A DNA stretch of 63,969 nucleotides, filler included, from Planctomycetota bacterium (GTDB lineage Bacteria; Planctomycetota; Planctomycetia; JALXBF01), in assembly GCA_026991575.1 (NCBI GenBank). It is 3 parts of 3 records of this genome, joined end to end, with 100 filler letters (N's around TTAATTAATTAA, not from the genome) between each part and the next. Parts side by side here need not be neighbours in the genome. Positions count along the whole stretch, not along the records: positions 43,367 to 63,969 come from JALXBF010000070.1; 2 more parts are not named here. One strand, written 5' to 3'. Positions 57,856-63,969 of this stretch are shown piece by piece (the stretch's first letter is position 1; every line of letters begins with the position of its first letter). The position numbers were made by a program, and so were the translations under genes. Below the pieces are notes generated by a model that did not search any database, was not told the DNA's origin, and saw nothing but the letters and a program-made list of their open reading frames with translations.

Positions 57856-58815
57856 ATGAGTGACCGAACCGGATACCGCTTCCTGGAACCGACGGCGGTT
57901 GCGCGCGTGCGCAACCTGTCACTGGCTGCGCGCAAAGTGGTGCAAGGCTTCATTGCCGGGCTCCATCGCAGCCCGTACCGCGGGTTCAGCGTCGAGTTTG
58001 CCGAGCACCGCGAGTACTGCCCGGGCGACAACCTCCGCTATCTGGACTGGAAAGTCCTCGGGCGCACCGATCGGTTGTACATCAAGCTGTTCGAAGAGGA
58101 GACGAACATGCGGGTCCAGCTGCTGCTGGACGCCAGCGGCTCGATGGACTTTTCCTCCGCGGGCAGACTGCCGAAGGTCGAGTACGCGGCTTACCTCTGC
58201 GGCATGCTTGCCTACCTGGCCTCACGCCAGCAGGACGCGGTGGGAATGACGATCTTCGATGAGCGCGTGCGGCTGAACATGCCGGCTCGGTCAGGGCCGA
58301 GACACATCGGCGAACTGCTCAGACAGCTGGAACGGTGGTGTGCCCGTGATCAGATCCTGCCTGAGCACCGGCCACGTCGCACGCAGATCGCCGAGACACT
58401 CCATCGCATCGCGTTCCAGTTGCGACGACGCTGTCTGGTGGTCCTCGTCAGCGACCTACTGGATGAAGCCGGCGACGAAGCCATAGCGCGCGCCCTGTAC
58501 CACTTCAAGCACCGCCAGCACGAAATGCTCCTGTTCCACGTGCTCGACCCCGCGGAGATTGAGTTCCCGTTCCGGGAGACGGCTCTGTTCGTCGATCTCG
58601 AAACCCAGGAGCGATTGCAGGTCGATCCGACCTACGTTCGCGACGAGTATCGTCGGGCAGTAGAGGAGTTCTTGGCGTTTCACCGGCGAAAGGCGCGCGA
58701 GCTAGCGGCAGACTACGTGCTGGCTCGGACCGATATCCCCTACGACGTGATGCTGGCTCGCTATCTGCGGGCGCGGCGCGATGCGCTGGTCCGAGGGCGA
58801 GCGGCCGTGCGTTAG
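57856..58815 (+). CDS. DUF58 (MoxR-associated vWA) protein
   Basis: GLHRSPYRGFSVEFAEHREYCPGD, DWKV, LDASGSM, VSDLLD. Confidence 0.93.
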   Translation: MSDRTGYRFLEPTAVARVRNLSLAARKVVQGFIAGLHRSPYRGFSVEFAEHREYCPGDNLRYLDWKVLGRTDRLYIKLFEEETNMRVQLLLDASGSMDFSSAGRLPKVEYAAYLCGMLAYLASRQQDAVGMTIFDERVRLNMPARSGPRHIGELLRQLERWCARDQILPEHRPRRTQIAETLHRIAFQLRRRCLVVLVSDLLDEAGDEAIARALYHFKHRQHEMLLFHVLDPAEIEFPFRETALFVDLETQERLQVDPTYVRDEYRRAVEEFLAFHRRKARELAADYVLARTDIPYDVMLARYLRARRDALVRGRAAVR

Positions 58816-58844
58816 CAGCAGGGTATGGAGGTGGTGGCGAGGCG

Positions 58845-61061
58845 ATGAGCTTCTTGGAGCCTTGGTTCCTGCTGGGAACGCTTGTGGCCCTGGTGCCCCT
58901 GATCCTGCACCTGATGCACCGGCAACGGGCACCGCGCCTGCCGTTTAGCACGCTCCGCTTCGTGCGCGCGTCGGTCCAGCGCACGCGGCGGCGGAAGATC
59001 GTGCAGGATGCCCTACTGCTGGCTGCGCGCATGGCGATCCTGTTCTTCCTGGCGGCGGGCCTGGCGCGGCCCGCCGTGCGCGCCCTGCACGGCCTGCTGC
59101 CAGGCCGCGGTGCCCTGGCAGTGGCCATCGTGCTGGACAACTCAGGAAGCATGGCCGCGCAAGATGCAACGGAAACGCGCTTCGAACGCGCTCAGATAGC
59201 CGCCCGACAGATCCTCGCATCCCTCAGTCCTGGCGACCAGGTCGCGCTCCTGACAACCGCTCCGGTGCGCCTACCGGCGCTCAACCAGCTGCTGACCAAT
59301 CACGAACTCATCTACCAGGCCGTGCAGCAATGCCCCGTTGTGCCAGGAACAGGCGATCTGGCACAGGCGATCGCTCGGGCGAGCCGGCTGCTGGCCACGT
59401 CGAAGAATCCCGTGCGGGAGCTGTACGTGATCACCGACTGTCAGCTACAAGACTGGCAGGACGTGGCAGAGCGGCTCGGATATGCGCTGACTGCGCCGCT
59501 TGTGGTCGTCGATGTGTACCGTTCGGTACCGCCGAACGTGACGCTCGCCGACGTTCAGTTCCTCAGCCCCGGGCCACTGGTCGGGTTGCCGGTAATGGCC
59601 ACGGTCGAGCTGCGCAATGGGGGCGCAACGGAGGAGACTCGCCGCGTGGAGGTGCTGGTGGCTGGTCGACGGGTCGCATCCAGCGACCCGGTCACCGTCG
59701 CCGCGGGCGGGCGACGCACGACGCATGTCAGATTCCGATTGGACCGGGCCGGCCACCGGCCGGTGCAGGTGCGACTTACCGGAGACGATGCCCTGCTGCT
59801 GGACGACGCGCGCTACGCGGCGCAGCCGGTGCACGAACAGCTGCGTGTCGCCCTGGTGACCGCTCCCGGTGAGGACCTCTCCGATCCATCAAGTGACGCC
59901 TACTACGTAGCCCAAGTGCTGCAACTGGATGAACCGGGCCGCTGGCCAATTCGTCTTAGCCGGTTCACGTGGCGTGAGCTGGCGGCCGAGCCGCTCCAGG
60001 AGTACGCGGCTGTGTTCCTCTGTGGCCTGCCGTCGGAAGATGAGCAAACGGTGAAGCGGACGCTGATGCGGTACGTCGGCCAGGGGGGACGTATGATCTG
60101 GCTCCCCACGAACACGGAAGGACCGGGCCAGTGGCAGCAGTGGTGTGCGGCTGCAGAGCAGTTGGTTCCGGGGACGGTTGCTGCCATGATGGCTGCCGTG
60201 GACGAGGGGGTCGGTGCTGGCTGGCGGATCGGTTGGCTCGATCTCGAGCGGCCTCTGCTGCGGCCGATCCGGATCGAACCGGCCGCGTACACAGAGATCC
60301 GCGTGTTTCGCTACTTGAAGTGGCGGCCAGCAGAGGATGCGATCGTCGTGGGACGATTGGAGACGGGAGATCCGCTGCTGTTGACCCGTGCGGTCGACAG
60401 GGGAACGACGTGGGCGCTGGCCACCGTACCCCACGTGGATTGGACGACGCTGCCCGTGGATCCACTGTTCGTGCCACTAATGACCCGCCTGGTGTTGGCT
60501 GCCGCTGAGCAAGAGGGGGGAGATTCGCTCAGCGTACTCTGTGGCCAGGCCTTTCGCTACCCGGTGGATGAGCTGGGGGGAACGGTCAAAGGATTGGTCG
60601 TGGTACGACCGGACGGTGAGTTGGTACGGCCGGCGATGGTGAACGATGAGGGGGGGCAGTTCGTCGAAGTGGTGGCGGATCGACCGGGGATTTACACGAT
60701 CCGTCGGCTGGATACGCGCGAAGCCGTGGTGCGATTTGCGGCCAATGCGGCGGCGGACGAGTTTGATCTGCGGCATGCGCCGGTGCGCAGGTTGCGGGAG
60801 CAACTTGACCGCCTGGGGGGTAGATACGTTGCCTCCGGCAGCGACCTTGGCGAGCAGATCGCGCGGCTGCGGCGCGGCACGGAACTGATGGAGCCGCTGC
60901 TGTGGTCAGTGCTGGTGCTGTTGGCTCTGGAAGCATTGGTTGCGAATCGTGTACCGGGCGGCCTGCCGCTGCCGGAGCCGCAGCAGAGCCGGGGGCGGAG
61001 CAGGATCCCGCGTGAGCTGTTGGCGGAGATGGACCGGATGCTGGCCGGCCATCGCCACTAG
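58845..61061 (+). CDS. BatA/aerotolerance N-terminal domain plus vWA membrane protein
   Basis: MSFLEPWFL...PLILHL...FSTLRF, LARP, VLDNSGSM, ITDCQ. Confidence 0.87.
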   Translation: MSFLEPWFLLGTLVALVPLILHLMHRQRAPRLPFSTLRFVRASVQRTRRRKIVQDALLLAARMAILFFLAAGLARPAVRALHGLLPGRGALAVAIVLDNSGSMAAQDATETRFERAQIAARQILASLSPGDQVALLTTAPVRLPALNQLLTNHELIYQAVQQCPVVPGTGDLAQAIARASRLLATSKNPVRELYVITDCQLQDWQDVAERLGYALTAPLVVVDVYRSVPPNVTLADVQFLSPGPLVGLPVMATVELRNGGATEETRRVEVLVAGRRVASSDPVTVAAGGRRTTHVRFRLDRAGHRPVQVRLTGDDALLLDDARYAAQPVHEQLRVALVTAPGEDLSDPSSDAYYVAQVLQLDEPGRWPIRLSRFTWRELAAEPLQEYAAVFLCGLPSEDEQTVKRTLMRYVGQGGRMIWLPTNTEGPGQWQQWCAAAEQLVPGTVAAMMAAVDEGVGAGWRIGWLDLERPLLRPIRIEPAAYTEIRVFRYLKWRPAEDAIVVGRLETGDPLLLTRAVDRGTTWALATVPHVDWTTLPVDPLFVPLMTRLVLAAAEQEGGDSLSVLCGQAFRYPVDELGGTVKGLVVVRPDGELVRPAMVNDEGGQFVEVVADRPGIYTIRRLDTREAVVRFAANAAADEFDLRHAPVRRLREQLDRLGGRYVASGSDLGEQIARLRRGTELMEPLLWSVLVLLALEALVANRVPGGLPLPEPQQSRGRSRIPRELLAEMDRMLAGHRH

Positions 61062-61246
61062 AGAAGCGGCTTGGCCCTTGCTGCCCGCTGGGCGCAAGGC
61101 CGCCGGGCCAGGGCTCCGGCGGGGGCCGGTGCCGATAGTTGCCTCGATAACCAAGAGCCGGCACGCATCGATCAACTCGGTATGTCCGAGCAGGCGGGGC
61201 ACGTGATCCGGCTGATGGCGGTGTCCCGGACACGCAGGGGGTTGGC

Positions 61247-63328
61247 TCAAGGGGCGGTGTTCAGCAGCTCGCGGGCACGGGGAACCAGAGGGCTGCCCGG
61301 GTAGTCTTGCACCAGGGTGCGGGCCGCCTGTGTGGCACGACGGCGATCGCCCAGCTTCAGCGCCGCCTGGACTTCCAGCCAAACCAACTGATCCGCGTAG
61401 CTTGAGTCGGGCGCGACGGCTAGCGAGTCAGCGACAACTCGCAGCACCTGGCGGTACTGCCCCCGGGCCAGCGCCACACGTGCGGCAGCCAGGTGCCAGG
61501 AGCCGTCCAGCTTCGATTCGGGAAACTCATCCGCCCACTGCGACAACGCCTCATACGCTGCGCGCAGCTGCCCTTCTTTCAGCAGCCCGGCCACTGTTCG
61601 TTCATATCCCCCCCGCCGTGCCACGGTCTCCGCCAGGGGTCGTTCGCGCAGGGCCGCAGCCTGCGCGTACAGCTCCCGTGCCCTATCGCCCTGGCCCATG
61701 CGCGCCGCCAAGTCCGCTTGCACCCGCAGCCAGAGCCGTCGCTCGTAAACGTGATCCGTTTTCTCTTTGGCCGCCATCCGCAGCACCTCGGCCGCCTGGT
61801 CCGATCGACCCACCTCCAGCAGCAGCTCGGCCAGGCGCACGCTCAGCCGGAACCGTTGCCGTCTCTCGCTACTGTGTCGCGCTGCGAGCCGCAACAGCTG
61901 TATCGCACGCTGGAGTTCGTCCAGATGAAAACGGGTCGCGTTCAGACCGAGCTGCACGAGCTCGTCCAGCTGTTCAGGACGAAGCTGTGGCTCAGCCCGC
62001 AAGCCGGCCAGCACCGTCTGAGCCAGCTGCTGCCAGTCTTCGCGGTAGCGCCACACTCGTGCCAGTGCCACGAGTCCTTCCGCGTCCAGTTTGGCCGGGT
62101 CATACTCGGCCAGGTACGGCACGTAGGCCGTCAGCGTGTCCTGTTCACTGGGTGGCGCGACACGAGCCGGCAACGGCCAGATCCGTACGCGGCTCGCTAC
62201 GGTCAGCTTGCCACGTCCCACACGGTGCCAGGACAGCTTCACGGTGTATTCCCCCGGATGCAGGTACACATGCACGGGCTCGGCCTGCTCCGCAACGCTC
62301 TGGCCATCCCCGAACTCCCACCGCACTCTCCCCTGCCGGGGCAGCGCCGGGCTGGCCTGCCACCGGAACACAACGCGCACCAGCGTGACCGGCGGATCGG
62401 GCAATTGGACCACGCCGAGTTGCTCGGGGAAGAAGTCCGGCAGGTCGCGACCACTTCGCTCTTCCAGCTGGCTGGCACGCACGGTAGCCATGCGGTCTGC
62501 ATGGAACGCCTGCGGCGGTACCACGGCCGGTCTGTCGGCCCCTGGCGGCTGCCAGGCGGCGACCATGATGGCCTGCGTCCCGGCCGCCGCATGCCAGTAC
62601 TCGAAGCGATGGGGACCGCGTCCCAGCTCCACGGTTCCGCCGAAGCGTGCGCGGGGCACGGCGCGGTGCCTCCCCGGGGCGGCCGCGACGACTCGGCCGT
62701 CAATCACCAGAAAACTGCAATCCTGGCTGGTCGTGAAGAATCGGTACCGGCCGGGGCGATCGATGTACAACGTGCCCACGTAGCGGCTCAGGAACGGGAT
62801 CGGTTCCGGAGCGCAGGGATTAGAGGCGTGGAAGACGCGATCGACCAAGGTGGCGCCCAGCGGTTCGGATCGCTCAAACGCCTCCTGTAGCGCCGCGAAG
62901 CTGTTCAGATCGAACCCGCGGAACCGGCGCGTTTCCAGGAGCAGGCCGGCCGATGGCCGGTCAAGTCGCCACCCGTGCTCGCTTGGCTTGCTGCTGTCGT
63001 TGGCATTGCTATCCTCCGACGCCACGGTGCCGAAATACACCCAGTACCGCCTCTGGCCGGCGATGGGGCGGAAGGCGAAACGGACCAGGTCATCCGGTCC
63101 GTGCTGCAGCAGGACGAAAGGCACGCGGCCGCGCCGGCCGTAGAGGAGAAGGGTTCCAGGCGAGCGGCCGTGCAGGAGCATTTCCACCTGGATGAGCTCC
63201 GCGGTGTCGTTGACAAGGACCGTGCGCCTGAGCGATCGGTCACGCGCATGCCACGGCGCCGACTGTGACCAACAGGTGTTGGCGACAAAGAAGACAATGC
63301 TAACTGGCAATAGTGACCTTCGTGGCAC
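61247..63328 (-). CDS. Exported PA14/PKD/TPR-like protein (start approximate)
   Basis: Signal peptide; [19 protein letters not shown] (PA14-like), WEFGDG...[13 protein letters not shown] (PKD), helical C-terminus ending DYPGSP. Confidence 0.72.
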   Translation of the reverse strand: MPRRSLLPVSIVFFVANTCWSQSAPWHARDRSLRRTVLVNDTAELIQVEMLLHGRSPGTLLLYGRRGRVPFVLLQHGPDDLVRFAFRPIAGQRRYWVYFGTVASEDSNANDSSKPSEHGWRLDRPSAGLLLETRRFRGFDLNSFAALQEAFERSEPLGATLVDRVFHASNPCAPEPIPFLSRYVGTLYIDRPGRYRFFTTSQDCSFLVIDGRVVAAAPGRHRAVPRARFGGTVELGRGPHRFEYWHAAAGTQAIMVAAWQPPGADRPAVVPPQAFHADRMATVRASQLEERSGRDLPDFFPEQLGVVQLPDPPVTLVRVVFRWQASPALPRQGRVRWEFGDGQSVAEQAEPVHVYLHPGEYTVKLSWHRVGRGKLTVASRVRIWPLPARVAPPSEQDTLTAYVPYLAEYDPAKLDAEGLVALARVWRYREDWQQLAQTVLAGLRAEPQLRPEQLDELVQLGLNATRFHLDELQRAIQLLRLAARHSSERRQRFRLSVRLAELLLEVGRSDQAAEVLRMAAKEKTDHVYERRLWLRVQADLAARMGQGDRARELYAQAAALRERPLAETVARRGGYERTVAGLLKEGQLRAAYEALSQWADEFPESKLDGSWHLAAARVALARGQYRQVLRVVADSLAVAPDSSYADQLVWLEVQAALKLGDRRRATQAARTLVQDYPGSPLVPRARELLNTAP

Positions 63329-63338
63329 GGTCTTTGCT
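63323..63338 (+). promoter_or_regulatory. Sigma54 promoter upstream of moxR
   Basis: TGGCACGGTCTTTGCT matches the TGGCACG-N4-TTGCW consensus. Confidence 0.7.
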
Positions 63339-63400
63339 CCTGTGCTGGTCTGAGCCGGTGGGCATGGCCGAGCTTGCCAGGTCGAAGGAGTGCAACCCTG

Positions 63401-63969
63401 ATGCCAGAACGAGCCGAGGGTGCCAAGTCGTCGCGCGTTGCGGAGGTCAGTCCCGAAGAGATTCTCGGCCGGGTCGCGCGGGCACGCAAGGCGGTGTTGC
63501 ATGAGCTGCACAAGGTGATCGTCGGGCAGGACGAGATGATCGAGCATATGCTGATCTGTCTGTTCGCCCGCGGGCACTGCCTGACGATCGGCGTCCCGGG
63601 CCTGGCCAAGACGTTGACCGTCGCTACTCTGGCCAGAGCGCTGCATTTGAAATTCAGCCGCATCCAGTTCACGCCGGACCTGATGCCCAGCGACATCACG
63701 GGCACGGAGATCATCGAGCAGGATCCGGAAACCGGCCGCCGCCGGTTCCGCTTCGTGCACGGTCCCGTGTTCGCCAATCTGGTGCTGGCCGACGAGATTA
63801 ACCGGGCACCGCCAAAGACCCAGTCCGCTCTGCTTCAGGCCATGCAGGAGTATCAGGTGACGGTCTCGGGCCAGACTTTCGAGCTGGACCAGCCGTTCCT
63901 GGTAATGGCCACCCAGAACCCGATCGAGCAGGAAGGGACCTATCCGCTGCCCGAAGCGCAGCTGGACCG
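63401..63969 (+). CDS. moxR: MoxR-family AAA+ ATPase (runs off window end)
   Basis: [74 protein letters not shown]. Confidence 0.95.
   Translation, partial: MPERAEGAKSSRVAEVSPEEILGRVARARKAVLHELHKVIVGQDEMIEHMLICLFARGHCLTIGVPGLAKTLTVATLARALHLKFSRIQFTPDLMPSDITGTEIIEQDPETGRRRFRFVHGPVFANLVLADEINRAPPKTQSALLQAMQEYQVTVSGQTFELDQPFLVMATQNPIEQEGTYPLPEAQLD

Noticed and set aside
63329..63760. N-terminal 144 aa of ORF 61247-63760
   Set aside because: Antisense to moxR; the signal peptide begins near 63328.

Overview
GC-rich bacterial DNA, most likely Planctomycetota (inferred from the BBP2-type porin, mch, MauE/DUF1573 genes and MoxR-vWA locus). It consists of three contigs joined by artificial N-TTAATTAATTAA-N linkers (21751-21850, 43267-43366), so the segments may not be true neighbours. 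Segment 1 (1-21750): end of a type I-G CRISPR array facing csb1-csb2-cas3-csb3, then a GT4 glycosyltransferase, ftsK, pyrG, tRNA-Ser(GCT), a porin, a tRNA-binding protein, a candidate 6S RNA, an orphan mraZ, TadG/TadE-like genes, PfpI, a pteridine-reductase-like SDR and mch. Segment 2 (21851-43266, all minus strand) is the most unusual part. Two tandem arrays of ~1.45-1.5 kb cassettes each pair a small exported Cys-rich peptide (8-Cys Tat-type or 6-Cys Sec-type) with a ~320-350 aa C-terminally membrane-anchored partner. Between them lies a coupled extracytoplasmic tailoring operon (MauE-thioredoxin, DUF1573, Lnt-like, GT2-methyltransferase, GT-C). Four promoter-like elements TTGACA-(AGG)n-ATAAT (n=12,4,4,5; n=6 would give a 17-bp spacer) suggest microsatellite-controlled phase variation of individual cassettes. 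Segment 3 (43367-63969): a rearranged group II intron-like remnant, an aminopeptidase, a Tm-1-like/TIM-barrel pair, a HAD hydrolase, and a MoxR/DUF58/BatA-vWA locus with sigma54-type promoter motifs. All family calls come from motif recognition by eye; no searches were run.
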